This document shows, piece after piece, positions 1 through 10,959 of a stretch of DNA of 64,000 bases. The notes beneath the pieces are model-generated. The model ran no database searches. It was not told the DNA's origin and was given only the letters and a program-made list of their open reading frames with translations. Where the stretch lies: the NCBI GenBank assembly GCA_963841735.1, contig CAWJDT010000001.1, positions 1,088,001 to 1,152,000 on the forward strand. The letters are read 5' to 3'. The position numbers and the translations under genes were made by a program. The DNA is from an uncultured Actinomycetes bacterium (GTDB taxonomy: Bacteria > Actinomycetota > Thermoleophilia > RBG-16-64-13). Every line of letters starts with the position of its first letter. Within the stretch, counting starts at the first letter, position 1.

Positions 1-24
1 CGCGTTGTTATCTCCTTCCAGTGG

Positions 25-1242
25 ATGTCCCAGGGCGGCGAACAGATTCTCGCGAGCGCAGAAGAATTGACCGCGCTTGAAGGACAGGGTGCGGCTCTGC
101 CATTTGTCTTTCTGAGTATCGACGGAGAGGGCGTCACGAGCATGGACGCCGATCAACTCGCCTCGGTGCGCTTTCCGGCGCTGGCTTTCGGCCTGGCGAG
201 AAGCTGGAGCGCGACTGACTCGACGGGACAGGGTTCATACAGTGGGCTTGGTGGCGCAGGATCAGTCTATGCCTTGCTTCCTTGGGTGGACGAGGGGGCA
301 GACGACAAGACGATCGCGGCTCAGCCGATCGATGACCGACTCGACGGGCTCGCTTTCACCACACCTACGCGGGATGTGTGCCGCATCCAAGGAGGAGCGA
401 TAGAGACCCTCTGGAAGTGCGACGAGGACCCGATCACGGCCATCATGCATCCATCGGCTTCGTACGGAGCGTCCTACTCGCTGGGAAGGACGCTGGTGCT
501 GCGAGGCGGGGGCGTTGTGCAAACGACTACCGGTCCCCCCGACGCCGGGGGTTCCTCGGAGAGCACCTCGGGGGTGACGGACGTAGCGGCTACGGCCATT
601 CCGGTAGGCGATCCAGGGGCATCGTGGGAGCTGCGCACATTCCCAAGGGACGGAGGCCAATGGCTGCCGGCGATGAACCGCGTCGTCTTCGACGAGAGCG
701 GTGACCGGCTCTGGCTAGGCGGCATCTCCTATTCCGCGGACGCGACCAATGGCATCAGCGTCCAGCAGTTCCTGCAGACTGCCCAGCCTCACACCGCCGC
801 CCTCGCGGCGCTCCCCCTTGGGCATCCCTTCGCCGGCGACTTCGCCGTCTCGCCCGACGGAAACACCATTGTCTACATCGGGTTCGCAGGCACCGATGCC
901 GCGGTGACTCTCCGCACGGGCGACGTGGAGAAGGAGCTCTCCTTGGGCCTCGCCACCGCTTACCATCCTGTGTTCTCTCCGGATGGGAGCAAGATCTGTC
1001 TGGTGGGCTCCAAGAACGTGGATGGCGACACCGGCCTCTGGCTATGCGACTTGAACAGTGGAGACTGCAGGCAGATCAAGTCCACCGCTGGTTTGACGCC
1101 CACCTACCCGGCGTTCTCTCCCGACGGCCGGCGGCTCGCGTTCCGTGACTTTAAGCTGGGCGACATCTGGACGGTGACCGTCGAGGGCAAGGAACTTACC
1201 CGCTATGCGCTCACCACTGAGGAGGCCCCGATAGCCTGGTAG
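25..1242 (+). CDS. TolB-like/PD40 beta-propeller protein (frame is open to the window edge, so it may start upstream)
   Basis: C-terminal repeats FAVSPDGNTIVY, HPVFSPDGSKI and YPAFSPDGRRLAF are typical PD40/WD40-like blades. Confidence 0.7.
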   Translation: MSQGGEQILASAEELTALEGQGAALPFVFLSIDGEGVTSMDADQLASVRFPALAFGLARSWSATDSTGQGSYSGLGGAGSVYALLPWVDEGADDKTIAAQPIDDRLDGLAFTTPTRDVCRIQGGAIETLWKCDEDPITAIMHPSASYGASYSLGRTLVLRGGGVVQTTTGPPDAGGSSESTSGVTDVAATAIPVGDPGASWELRTFPRDGGQWLPAMNRVVFDESGDRLWLGGISYSADATNGISVQQFLQTAQPHTAALAALPLGHPFAGDFAVSPDGNTIVYIGFAGTDAAVTLRTGDVEKELSLGLATAYHPVFSPDGSKICLVGSKNVDGDTGLWLCDLNSGDCRQIKSTAGLTPTYPAFSPDGRRLAFRDFKLGDIWTVTVEGKELTRYALTTEEAPIAW

Positions 1243-1327
1243 CGGGCGCACATGGTGACTAACGCTGAGGGGCGCCGACAATGGCGGTTATTGCGGGCGG
1301 CCCGGGGCGTACCTCATATCAGTAGAG

Positions 1328-3004
1328 CTACACTGCGACGATAATGGGGATGATCATCGGGCGACTGCGGGTGCGTTCCCAGAGCAGCTGCGAGAGGGAG
1401 TCGTGCATGGCCTTCTTGATGACGGCTTGGTCGGTAGCTCCCTCTTTGTAGGTCTTCGCGAGCGTCTGCGCGATGCGCGCCTGAGCGTCAACGATGAGGG
1501 CTTGTCCTTCCGAGCCCAGAGTCAGACCCCGCGTGATCAGCTCCGGACCCGATACCAGGCGGCCCGTTTGAGCGTCGATGGTCACGACCACGGTCGCGAT
1601 GCCGTCCTTGGCCAGGAGCTGCCGGTCGCGCAGAACAACCTGGCCCACATCTCCCACGCCGAGGCCGTCAACATAGACCACACCGTGCTCGACGCTCTCC
1701 GTTGTGCGTGCTCCTGACGCGTTCAGCTCGAGGCAGTCGCCGTTGCCAAGTACGAAGATGTTCTCTCTAGGGATGCCGACTTCCTGGGCAAGGGCTGCGT
1801 GGGCGACCAGATGGCGGGTCTCGCCGTGGATGGGCACAAAGAACCGGGGGCGAACGAGGTTCAGCATCAGTTTGAGCTCCTCGGCTGCCCCGTGGCCCGA
1901 GACGTGAACGTGGACGGTACCTCGATGCGCGACCGTCACACCGGCCTTCGCCAGCCGGTTGATCACGCGATTCACCGCCTTCTCGTTTCCCGGCACTGGG
2001 GTGGCCGCGATGACGACGGTGTCGCCCTGCTCCACCCTGACCGTCTTATGATCTCCGTTCGCCATACGCGCCAGCGCGGAGAGGGGCTCTCCCTGGCTGC
2101 CCGTGCACATGACGAGCACCTTCTCCGGTCGGAGCCTGGAGGCTTGCGAGGCGTCGATGATGTCCTTGTTGTCGATCACCAGGTAGCCCAGCTCGCGGGC
2201 GATGCCCACGTTGGTGATCATGGAGCGTCCCTCCACTGCCACCTTGCGTCCGGCGGCCACCGCCGCGTCGCAGATCTGCTGCACGCGGTGGATATGGCTG
2301 GAAAACGAAGCCGCGATCACGCGGTGCTCCGCATTCTGGATGATCTCGCGCAACACGGGGCCGACGGAGGCTTCGGAGCGTGTGACCCCAGCGGTCTCGG
2401 CGTTGGTCGAGTCCGACATCAGCAGGTCCACGCCTATCTTCGCGAACTTCGTGAGCGCGCCGTAGTCGACCAGGCGTCCGTCGATGGGGGTCTGGTCCAG
2501 TTTGAAGTCGCCGGTGTGGACGATATTGCCCGCCGGAGTGCGGACGAACACTCCGACCCCGTCGGGAATGGAGTGGTTCACCGCAAAGAAGTCGAAGGAG
2601 AAGGAGCCCACCGATACGTGGCCACCCCCCCGGATCTCCTGCAGCTTGACCTTATTGGACTTGAGCCGGTGCTCTTCGAGCTTGCCGCGGATGAGGCCAA
2701 GGGTGAGCTTCGTGCCCAACACGGGCACCCGGCGGTCGAGCGCCTTCAGAAGATAGGGCAAAGCCCCGGTGTGATCCTCGTGGCCGTGGGTGATGACGAT
2801 AGCGCGCAGCTTCTCCTGGCGCTTCACAATGTACGAGAAGTCGGGGAGGATCAGGTCCACCCCGGGGTGATCATCGTCGGGGAACATGATGCCGGCGTCG
2901 ATAACCACCATGTCGTCCCCATATTCGAGGACGGTCATGTTCTTGCCTATCCCGTCAAGCCCGCCGAGGGGGATGACGCGAAGGCGGTTACTATTCTGTG
3001 CCAT
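1328..3004 (-). CDS. rnj: Ribonuclease J
   Basis: LRVIPLGGLDGIGKNMT start, THGHEDH metallo-beta-lactamase motif, HTGDFK, GSQGEP, HVSGH and RPMIIP C-terminus. Confidence 0.95.
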   Translation of the reverse strand: MAQNSNRLRVIPLGGLDGIGKNMTVLEYGDDMVVIDAGIMFPDDDHPGVDLILPDFSYIVKRQEKLRAIVITHGHEDHTGALPYLLKALDRRVPVLGTKLTLGLIRGKLEEHRLKSNKVKLQEIRGGGHVSVGSFSFDFFAVNHSIPDGVGVFVRTPAGNIVHTGDFKLDQTPIDGRLVDYGALTKFAKIGVDLLMSDSTNAETAGVTRSEASVGPVLREIIQNAEHRVIAASFSSHIHRVQQICDAAVAAGRKVAVEGRSMITNVGIARELGYLVIDNKDIIDASQASRLRPEKVLVMCTGSQGEPLSALARMANGDHKTVRVEQGDTVVIAATPVPGNEKAVNRVINRLAKAGVTVAHRGTVHVHVSGHGAAEELKLMLNLVRPRFFVPIHGETRHLVAHAALAQEVGIPRENIFVLGNGDCLELNASGARTTESVEHGVVYVDGLGVGDVGQVVLRDRQLLAKDGIATVVVTIDAQTGRLVSGPELITRGLTLGSEGQALIVDAQARIAQTLAKTYKEGATDQAVIKKAMHDSLSQLLWERTRSRPMIIPIIVAV

Positions 3005-3205
3005 GCTGTGAGTAGGTCTCCTTTCGACCGTTACTACAGATCATTGGCGGGCCGAGGCCAGGGCAAAGACGGGAGTCGGTCTATTTGCAGGCGGGGCAAG
3101 CCGGAGCCGCCCCGTTATTCATTCGTGTTTCATTAGTACCCATTATCCCCCAGAACGGTAACGGCCGTCCGCCGACCCGGCGAGTCGTGTCGCTAGGCTC
3201 GAATT

Positions 3206-4420
3206 TCAAGGCGTGGCAACGCCTCCAACCGCATGTCTGCCGTGTAGTGCGTAGTACAGGGCTAGGGACGCTGCCGCGACGATGGCCATGGCCGCATACA
3301 TGCCCCGGTAGCCGGCAAAGGGAATGACGAGGCCGCACAGCAGGGGGCCGATGCCCATGCCTATATCTCCAAAGACGAAGAAGGTCGAAGTGGCCAGCCC
3401 CATCCGGTGCGGGGGAGTGATCTTAGCAGTGATCGTCCGGCCGCCAGACTGTATGGCCCCGAAGCCCAGACCCATGGCCGCGGCCGCCAGCAGGAGGACG
3501 TAGTCATGACGGGCTTGGCTCAAGAGGGCCAAGCTAACCGCAAAGATGAGGATCGCCGGGTACATGACCGAATTCTCGCCCTTTGCGTCGAATCGCCGCC
3601 CGACGAACGGCCTCGTGACGAAGATGACAGCGGCGTATACGATGAAGAACAATCCGGCCGCGCGTGCCAGCTGGATCTTCTCCGAGTACAGGGCAAGAAA
3701 CGAAGCGACGCTCGAGTAGCAGAGGTAGGTCACCATCACGGCCAGTGCGACGGGGACTACCCTTGGCTCGATGAAGTTCTTCAGCTTGAATCCCTGGCTT
3801 TCGCTCAGCTGCTCATCGGTCAGCTTGAGATTATTCACAGATAGAAGCGGGAGGATCGCCACACTGATCGCGGAGACGATCGAACAAGCGATGATGACGG
3901 AAGTAAAGCTGCCGTGCCGAAGCAGGAGCAGGCCGACGAACGGTCCGATAGCGGTCGCCAGGGTCTGGCCCAGCGTGAAGTAGCCGAAGCCCTCGCCATA
4001 CCGCTGCCTGGGCACAACCTCGGCGACAATCGTTCCCGTGGCCACAGTGGCGGCGCCGTGCCCGGCGCCATGAAGGAAACGGACGAGAAGCAGCAGTGCG
4101 GTGCTGCTCGCCGCGAAGTAGAGCGTTGTCATTGCCAGGCTCACTACGGTACCCACATAAAGGATCTTGGTCTGGCCTACTCGGTGAATCCACTTGCCGC
4201 ACAGAGGCCGGGTGACGAGTGCGCCGATGACGAAGATGCTGCTCGATAGACCGGCCACCGCCGTGGAGGCGCCGAATTGGTCGGTCGCGAATTTCGATAC
4301 GACGATCATCAGCAGGAGGAAGTTCAGGGAGCCCAGGAAGTTCACAACCGTGACGACAGTAAAGCTCCTGGTCCACAACTTCGGCCCGGCCACGGTGTTA
4401 GCGCCTCTCTTGCTGTTCAA
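3206..4420 (-). CDS. MFS transporter
   Basis: About 12 hydrophobic segments, KLWTRSF start, RFLHGAG and RYGEGFGYF motifs. Confidence 0.85.
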   Translation of the reverse strand: MNSKRGANTVAGPKLWTRSFTVVTVVNFLGSLNFLLLMIVVSKFATDQFGASTAVAGLSSSIFVIGALVTRPLCGKWIHRVGQTKILYVGTVVSLAMTTLYFAASSTALLLLVRFLHGAGHGAATVATGTIVAEVVPRQRYGEGFGYFTLGQTLATAIGPFVGLLLLRHGSFTSVIIACSIVSAISVAILPLLSVNNLKLTDEQLSESQGFKLKNFIEPRVVPVALAVMVTYLCYSSVASFLALYSEKIQLARAAGLFFIVYAAVIFVTRPFVGRRFDAKGENSVMYPAILIFAVSLALLSQARHDYVLLLAAAAMGLGFGAIQSGGRTITAKITPPHRMGLATSTFFVFGDIGMGIGPLLCGLVIPFAGYRGMYAAMAIVAAASLALYYALHGRHAVGGVATP

Positions 4421-4849
4421 CCTGTCGAATTCCTAACGCAGCTTTGCTCCCCGGCGATTCTACACCCAGCTGGCTGAGTGGCGGTCCAACACCGCCTTGC
4501 CCAGACGAAAAAGCAGTGCAAGCCCGCTTCGGTGGCTCCCCTGTTCGGTTGGGTCTTGCCGTCGCGTTTTGGGCGCGCGCTTACATGTGGCGGACCAGCT
4601 GTGGTATTTTCAACGGGTAGTAATTGACTCTCGCTCCCGAAGGCCGCTCGTCAAGTTGCACTCCTAGCCATATGTACTGAGGGTTATCGTTGTATGTTGA
4701 TCCCCGCGGACACCCAGCCAGAATGTTTGGCCATGCCTCTGCCACCATGCGGAGCGGCGGTCGTGCTACGGGCAAGTAATACGGATATCTCGCGGTCTGG
4801 CGAGCAACATTCTAAGCGCCGCGCAAAATGCGTCGCATAGGAGCGTGCG

Positions 4850-5416
4850 ATGCATAGCGTTGGAGATCTGGTTGTCTACGGAAGCGTTGGGGTCTGCAAA
4901 GTCGAGGCTATCGGGGTACCCGCTCTGTCGGGAGTAGACTCGACCAAGGATTACTACACGCTCGCCCCTCTGTACAAGGATGGGCGCATTTACGCGCCGG
5001 TAGACACTTGTACCTTCATGCGTCCGGTCATGTCTCGCGATGACGCGCTTTCGCTTGTCAGACGCATACCGACCATAGATGAATCTATCTATGAATCCAG
5101 CCAGATGGGCCAACTCAAAGAACACTATCAGGCCTTGTTACTTTCTCACGATTGCGCTGACTTGGTCCACATCATCAAGAGCGTATATGTGAAAGGGCGA
5201 GCCCTCGCCGAAAATCGCAAGAGCCTCGGAAATGTAGAGGCACAGTATTTAAAGCGGGCGGAGGAAATGCTCTACGATGAACTTGCCGTCGCCTTAAGCA
5301 TGCCAAGGGGCGACGTAAAAGGCTACATTGAAGGTGCAGTCGAGGGGATCTTGCCGCGGGAATCAACAGCGGTCGAAAGCGAACCTGCCTTCAACGAAGC
5401 AGAATTGGTCTGCTGA
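4850..5416 (+). CDS. CarD-like/TRCF-domain transcriptional regulator (Firmicutes-type paralog)
   Basis: VGDLVVYGSVGVCKVEAI N-terminus, YYTLAP..IYAPVD, and LKRAEEMLYDELAVAL; AGGAG RBS upstream. Confidence 0.85.
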   Translation: MHSVGDLVVYGSVGVCKVEAIGVPALSGVDSTKDYYTLAPLYKDGRIYAPVDTCTFMRPVMSRDDALSLVRRIPTIDESIYESSQMGQLKEHYQALLLSHDCADLVHIIKSVYVKGRALAENRKSLGNVEAQYLKRAEEMLYDELAVALSMPRGDVKGYIEGAVEGILPRESTAVESEPAFNEAELVC

Positions 5417-5537
5417 ACGCGGGCTCCTCGGGCGTAAGGCGTGCGCGCCGCCGCCCTCAAAGATGAGGCCGACACCCGGTGATGGGGCGGGCTCATGCTG
5501 CAAGAGCGCGCTGAATGGGCATTCCGGCCCCTGAGCG

Positions 5538-8378
5538 CTACTCCGCCGCTTTGTATACCCAGGTCACTGAGCACGGGCCGCGGTTCCACAACCCGGCGGT
5601 GATCTGGATCTCGGCCTTGGCACTCGCGGGCTCCGGAACGATGAAGCTGGGTGTCAGCGTCGCGCTGGTCTCCGCCATGCTCGGGTTGACACCTACTTCC
5701 ATGTACACGTCGCCTTCAAGAGCGACTCCCTTGCTTGAGTACTGGAACCGCTCAAATGGGTTCCGGCCGGCGTCGTAGGTTCCGGAGCCCCTGCCCGATG
5801 CTCCCAATGTCACGGTGTCACCGGGAATGAGCACTTGCGGCAGCGGATCCCAGTCGAACGAGATGGTCACGTTCCAGGCCTCGTATTCTCGGTCCCTCCA
5901 ACGGTCGTTGACCGTGAACCCGTCCTTACTCACCTTGTAGATGACGAACATATCTTTGAAGCGCTCCTCGGGGAAGAAGGTGGGGTCCGACCCGCCGCCG
6001 CGGTACTCGAGCGGCAGTTTCTCTGGATTGACGATGGTTTCGTCCAAGATCCAGTGCGGCCCCTGGATCTCCTGGTCCCCCGATGGCGCGCCTCCGCTTG
6101 CCGGGGTCCCCGCGGGCGGCCAGCCCCCCGGGAGCTTAAGGGAGGCACAGCCTGCGCTGTCGAGACGGTTCACATATACGGTGACCGGGTCGTCACCCGG
6201 GACCACCGTCCACGACACTTCCCCAAAGGTGGACCGGTGCTGGGTGGTTTCGCCGAGGATCTGAGCATCACCTTTGAGCGAGATCATGAGGTCCACACCT
6301 TCGGGTTTCACCCTCGGCACCGATGCCGTGACCATATACCCTATTTCGGTCTGTTCGGCGCTCAGTGTCACGGTGGCCAACTCGATCAGATCCCCATAGA
6401 TGAGTTGGTCGTTGGCTGGTCGCATCCGATTGATGACCTCGAGCACGGCCCTGTCTACCCGCAGCACTCTGCCGCCCACGTTCGCCGGCACCTCGACTCG
6501 TGTGCCGCCGACGGTTACCTCGGTGGCGGCCGTACGCACCAGGATCTCCTTGATCTGCTCGGCATCGAGGCTGGGGTCGATGGACCTCATGATTGCCGCG
6601 GCCGCCACCACCTGCGGAGCGGTAAGGCTGGTGCCGTCTACGCAAATGGGTTTGCCGTCTGCATACCGGCCTACTGGTATGTCGATGCCGCAGGCCGAAA
6701 GGGTAACCTCGCCCTCGCCGATGGCGTAGTTTGAGCCGCTTCTCAATCGGCCGGTCCTCACCCCCTCTATCATCGCGTCCAAGGTCATGTCGGCCGGGAT
6801 ATCCCCATCCCTCCGCAGTGCGTCGTAGGTGTCTTCCCAGAATTGCGTGGATTTCATGTCTTCGGGGGTAGCCCGGTTCCCTGAGCGGTCGAGCATGCCC
6901 ACGGTGATGAGGTTGGGAGCCCTGATGCCTCCCGGCCCGTAGTTGGAGCCATCCAGCGCCCTGTTGTCATTGCCGGCCGACGCCACAAAGAGCACGTCTT
7001 TGTGCTCTATGTACATCCGTTCGAGGAAGTCCTTGTAGATCGAGCAGCGCCACGCATATCGCGGGTCCGGGTCCGTGGTGTCCGTTACAGCGTCGTACGG
7101 ACCGATCGAGAGATTGATAATCGTCGCTCCGTTCTCGATAAGCCTGATCATCTCCACGAAGGTGGCCACGAAGTAGCTTGCGGGTTGACCACTCGGGTCC
7201 TCGACCGTGACCAGGGCATCCAGCGGAAGGTCGTCGGACACCGTCCCGGGGGAAATCACCTCCAGATTGCGCAGGAATGACGTGTTCCACGCCCAGGGGC
7301 TGCCAAAGCTCATGGTCAGTCTGCTCCCCAATCCCGAGGCCACTCCCGTGACGCCCTGATCCCAGTCGGCGCCGATGACATGAGCCACCATGGTGGCGTG
7401 AGTGAGGCCACCCGGCAGGCTGTTGCTGGGCTGATCGGTTGTGTCCTTGGCCGCCAGGCCCCGTGACTTTACCCGGTACGCTGGGAACACGCCGTTTGCG
7501 TCGGGGAAGAAGAGCTCGGGAGCCAAGCCGTTGCCCGATTGCGTGTACACCTGGCTGTCTACTATGCCCACGCTGACGGGGTGCTGCAGTGTGTCGCTCG
7601 CCCCCCAGATCTGCCAGGCCTCCATCATGCCGATCATTTGGTAGGGTCTGAAGCCGTTGTCTATCTGGTATACGGGATCGCGCATGGGAGAGCACATGAC
7701 CCCCTGGATGGCGGCCTTCGTGCTATCGATACCGTTGGGGGCGGCCGACTTGACACCTGGTAGAGCTCGGATGGTCTCGATGGCTGTTTCGAGGTCCTGG
7801 ACGGTCGAGCCGGAGGTTTGGATCTGGTAGAGGCTCATGTACTCGATCTCGCCCACAACGGTGCCGTTGATCTGGGCGGCGACCTGCTCAGCTTGGGCGT
7901 GACTCTGCCCTTCCTCCATGACCACGAGCACGTTGTTGGCTGGGGCCAAGCCATAGAGGTTGCTATGGACTACGGTGGAGGGACCGGGATCGACCGCCTC
8001 GGCCTTGCCCAGATCGAGGGTGGTAGACGTGGTCTGCGCGTCGCTTGGGTCATCGCTGCCAGACGAACCGCCGGGGGCTTGAGTTGCCTCAGTACTCTGT
8101 GTAGTCGTGTAGGTGTGGTGATGGTCTTCTCGTACCCCGAAGTACACTCCAAGGCCAATACCCGTCAGCGCCACCAGTCCCAGTGCAGACCACTGGACCC
8201 AGTGGGCCGCTCGGCGTTTCTGGGGCGGCTGCGAGGACGAGGACATCGGTGCAGGCACGGCGCTGTCTGGGCTAGTCACACCACGCTGCGCGGGGACAGC
8301 AGCTCCACAGTGGCGACAGAACCCTTGTACGTCGTCTGCCAGCTCCGCCCCACAGCCTGTGCAGTACCTCACGTCCAT
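5538..8378 (-). CDS. Membrane-anchored S8 (subtilisin-like) serine peptidase with N-terminal zinc ribbon
   Basis: CxxC..CxxC N-terminus, TM helix and Thr-rich linker; catalytic motifs VGIVDS, THATMVA, ASAGND and DGTSLTAPQV. Confidence 0.85.
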   Translation of the reverse strand: MDVRYCTGCGAELADDVQGFCRHCGAAVPAQRGVTSPDSAVPAPMSSSSQPPQKRRAAHWVQWSALGLVALTGIGLGVYFGVREDHHHTYTTTQSTEATQAPGGSSGSDDPSDAQTTSTTLDLGKAEAVDPGPSTVVHSNLYGLAPANNVLVVMEEGQSHAQAEQVAAQINGTVVGEIEYMSLYQIQTSGSTVQDLETAIETIRALPGVKSAAPNGIDSTKAAIQGVMCSPMRDPVYQIDNGFRPYQMIGMMEAWQIWGASDTLQHPVSVGIVDSQVYTQSGNGLAPELFFPDANGVFPAYRVKSRGLAAKDTTDQPSNSLPGGLTHATMVAHVIGADWDQGVTGVASGLGSRLTMSFGSPWAWNTSFLRNLEVISPGTVSDDLPLDALVTVEDPSGQPASYFVATFVEMIRLIENGATIINLSIGPYDAVTDTTDPDPRYAWRCSIYKDFLERMYIEHKDVLFVASAGNDNRALDGSNYGPGGIRAPNLITVGMLDRSGNRATPEDMKSTQFWEDTYDALRRDGDIPADMTLDAMIEGVRTGRLRSGSNYAIGEGEVTLSACGIDIPVGRYADGKPICVDGTSLTAPQVVAAAAIMRSIDPSLDAEQIKEILVRTAATEVTVGGTRVEVPANVGGRVLRVDRAVLEVINRMRPANDQLIYGDLIELATVTLSAEQTEIGYMVTASVPRVKPEGVDLMISLKGDAQILGETTQHRSTFGEVSWTVVPGDDPVTVYVNRLDSAGCASLKLPGGWPPAGTPASGGAPSGDQEIQGPHWILDETIVNPEKLPLEYRGGGSDPTFFPEERFKDMFVIYKVSKDGFTVNDRWRDREYEAWNVTISFDWDPLPQVLIPGDTVTLGASGRGSGTYDAGRNPFERFQYSSKGVALEGDVYMEVGVNPSMAETSATLTPSFIVPEPASAKAEIQITAGLWNRGPCSVTWVYKAAE

Positions 8379-8424
8379 TCACCTCCCACCGCGTTTGGGC
8401 TGGGCCTGCAGGTTAAGTCCTCTT

Positions 8425-8452
8425 ACTATAAAACACCTAGCGCTGATGTCAC
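8425..8452 (-). promoter_or_regulatory. Putative sigma70-type promoter for the S8 peptidase
   Basis: Minus strand GTGACA-N16-TATAGT, upstream of the GGAGGTGA RBS. Confidence 0.4.
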
Positions 8453-8500
8453 CAGTGGTTTCTGCTCTTGTTTGGAGTGAGTCCGCGGCGTCTGCAACCG

Positions 8501-8567
8501 TTGAGTCTGGCCCCGGCCTACCCCCGAACTATCCCAAAGACGCGAAAACCCGGCCTCATGGCCCGGA
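8501..8567. repeat. Junction repeat, copy R1
   Basis: CCCCCGAACTATCCCAAAGACGCGAAAACCCGGCC closely matches the copy at 23447-23482. Confidence 0.8.
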
Positions 8568-8590
8568 CCCCCGCGGCGAGGCGGGGGTCC
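8565..8590 (-). terminator. GC hairpin after moxR
   Basis: GGACCCCCGC-N6-GCGGGGGTCC perfect 10-bp inverted repeat right after the stop codon. Confidence 0.55.
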
Positions 8591-8594
8591 GTCG

Positions 8595-9575
8595 TCAGGT
8601 ATCCTCCACCGGGACCGGCACCGAGTTCACGATGTCGGTGATGATCTGCTGGGCGGTGCGGTCGCGCAGGCGCGCCTCGGTCTTCAGGATGAGGCGATGG
8701 GCCAGCGCGGCGACCGCCAAGAGTTTCACGTCATCGGGCAGGACATGGGTGCGGCCCCTCACGGCCGCCAGCGCCTGGGCGGCCCGGTGCAGGCCCAAGG
8801 AGGCCCGGGGGCTTGCCCCCAGTTTCACGTCGCCGTGCCCTCTGGTGGTTCGGACCATACGTACCATGTAGTCACGCACCGAGGGATCTACATACACGCG
8901 CCGGCAGAGCTTCTGGAGGGCGAGTAGCTCATCGGCGCCGGTCACGGCCTCCAACGTGTCGAGAGGGTTGCCCTCTCCGAAGCGGATCAGCACCGCCGCC
9001 TCCTCTTCTTCGGAGGGATAACCTATCTCCAACTGGAGCATGAAGCGGTCCAGTTGCGCCTCGGGCAGCGGGAACGTCCCCTCCAGTTCGACAGGGTTCT
9101 GGGTGGCCATGAGCATGAAGGGCCGCGGCAGATGCACGGTCTGGCGGTCGACTGTCACTTGCTGCTCCTGCATGGCTTCCAGCAGGGCCGACTGCGTGCG
9201 TGGTGTGGCGCGGTTGATCTCGTCGACGAGCACGATGTTGGCCATGATCGGCCCGGGGCGGAACTCAAAGGCGCCCTTAGCCTGGTCGTAGATCTCCACT
9301 CCGGTGATGTCGGAGGGGAGGAGGTCGGGGGTGCATTGGATGCGGCGGAAGTCGCAGCCCAGCGACTTTGCGAGCGCACGCGCGAGTACAGTCTTGCCCA
9401 CTCCGGGAACGTCTTCTACCAGGACGTTGCCTTCGCATAGGAGGGCCACCAGCATGAGCTCGGTGACCTCGCTCTTGCCCACCATCACTGCGCCCACATT
9501 GGCCACGACGCGGTCGGCGACCGACTTGACCCTAAGCGCTTCTTCCTCAGATAGCTTGTCGATGCGTGTCTCCAT
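8595..9575 (-). CDS. moxR: MoxR family AAA+ ATPase
   Basis: EDVPGVGKT Walker [31 protein letters not shown] and [11 protein letters not shown]; start METRID with GGAGG RBS. Confidence 0.93.
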   Translation of the reverse strand: METRIDKLSEEEALRVKSVADRVVANVGAVMVGKSEVTELMLVALLCEGNVLVEDVPGVGKTVLARALAKSLGCDFRRIQCTPDLLPSDITGVEIYDQAKGAFEFRPGPIMANIVLVDEINRATPRTQSALLEAMQEQQVTVDRQTVHLPRPFMLMATQNPVELEGTFPLPEAQLDRFMLQLEIGYPSEEEEAAVLIRFGEGNPLDTLEAVTGADELLALQKLCRRVYVDPSVRDYMVRMVRTTRGHGDVKLGASPRASLGLHRAAQALAAVRGRTHVLPDDVKLLAVAALAHRLILKTEARLRDRTAQQIITDIVNSVPVPVEDT

Positions 9576-10959
9576 TACCCTCCGCCTTGTCCGCGGGGCG
9601 GCTCGTCGGTCTGCTGTCGACCGTGCGCGCTGCTCCGCGTTTGAGTCTGTGCCGGCTCTCTCTTGCCTGGTGGAGCTCCGCGTCCGTGGGTGTTTCCGCT
9701 CCATACTTAGCTCGTACGTAGGTCTCGGTGATAAGGGTCACGTCCGCTCCATGCCCGGGGAGCGCAACGCAGAGTATCTGCTGGTATTCAAAGGGAGTCT
9801 GAGACGATCCACGCGGCAATCCCGACTCTGTTCCCCAGCGTAGCATGTCGGCGTAGAGGCGGCGCACGCAGGTGATCTGCGCAGGCTCCTCATGCGGTTT
9901 TCGGCGAAGCCTGCCGAGAGACAGTAGGCCGCTCACCCAGGCAAGCATCCGGCGGAACAGCCTGGCAAGGTCAAGTCGGAACGCGCCCCTCAGAGACTCC
10001 ATCTCCACTGTGCCGGCGCCCGCTCTCCGACGCATCCAATCGAACAACTGAGAAGTGACCCGCCAAGCGGCCGCAAGCACCACTCCGATGACCATGATGT
10101 AGTAGATGATTCGAAAGGGGCTCCACCGTCGCGACGGTGGCTGCGGTGGCCCCGGGGAGAGACCTTGCTCCGCCGGAGGCGGGACCACCGGGCCGGAGGA
10201 GGTCTCGGAGCCGGGTGACGGAAAGATGCTGGCCACGAGGTCGAACAGTCGGTCGATGAGCCCCCCCAGGGCGCGGATGCCTCTGACGATGAGCTGCATC
10301 AGCTCCGGGGAGAAAAGAAAGCCGGCGAAGACTCCCAACATGAGCACGAGGGCCACGCTGACGAAGAGCATCCCCCACCAACTGCCGCCTCTCCGGGCGA
10401 ATAGGGGACCACCCTCGTCGCTCACTCGAGCGGCGGCGGCTCCCACGAGGCCACAAGCGACGAAGGCAACGGCGGTGGGGATCGCCGCCGACAGGTCGAC
10501 GTCGACCTCGTAGCCGACGAATAGCGAGCCGGCCAGTATGAAGAGGCCGAATTGGAACCCGCTCACGACGGTCTTGTAAGTCATGCGGCCGCTCGCAAGG
10601 CGGGCTCCTAGCCACCAAAGAACGCCGGCCGCCAAAACGACGAACGCCGCCGCGCCGGCTCTGTGAGGCATGCCACTGAAGCCGCCGAGTATCGCCACGA
10701 GCAGGAGGAGGGTCGCGAGCGGCCAGGCAAGCCAAGAAAGCACCGTGGTGGTGCGGGGGGAGCGGCCCATAGCGCCCAGTCCGAGAGTCCATGCGAACGA
10801 GGCGGCATAGATCAGCAAGAGCGGAGGCACTGCGACGGCGACCCCCAGTCCCTGGCTCGCGGTGTGCAGCAATGTGTAGAGCCAGGCGAATTCCAGGCCG
10901 GCTACGGCGGCAGTCGCAATCACGGCTCGTCCCCGCGTTTGAACGCATTCTCCGGCCAT
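9547..10959 (-). CDS. DUF4129-domain membrane protein
   Basis: Multiple TM helices; C-terminal RRLY..ML.W....GLPR..SQTPFEY...[11 protein letters not shown]; MoxR operon context. Confidence 0.75.
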   Translation of the reverse strand: MAGECVQTRGRAVIATAAVAGLEFAWLYTLLHTASQGLGVAVAVPPLLLIYAASFAWTLGLGAMGRSPRTTTVLSWLAWPLATLLLLVAILGGFSGMPHRAGAAAFVVLAAGVLWWLGARLASGRMTYKTVVSGFQFGLFILAGSLFVGYEVDVDLSAAIPTAVAFVACGLVGAAAARVSDEGGPLFARRGGSWWGMLFVSVALVLMLGVFAGFLFSPELMQLIVRGIRALGGLIDRLFDLVASIFPSPGSETSSGPVVPPPAEQGLSPGPPQPPSRRWSPFRIIYYIMVIGVVLAAAWRVTSQLFDWMRRRAGAGTVEMESLRGAFRLDLARLFRRMLAWVSGLLSLGRLRRKPHEEPAQITCVRRLYADMLRWGTESGLPRGSSQTPFEYQQILCVALPGHGADVTLITETYVRAKYGAETPTDAELHQARESRHRLKRGAARTVDSRPTSRPADKAEGNGDTHRQAI

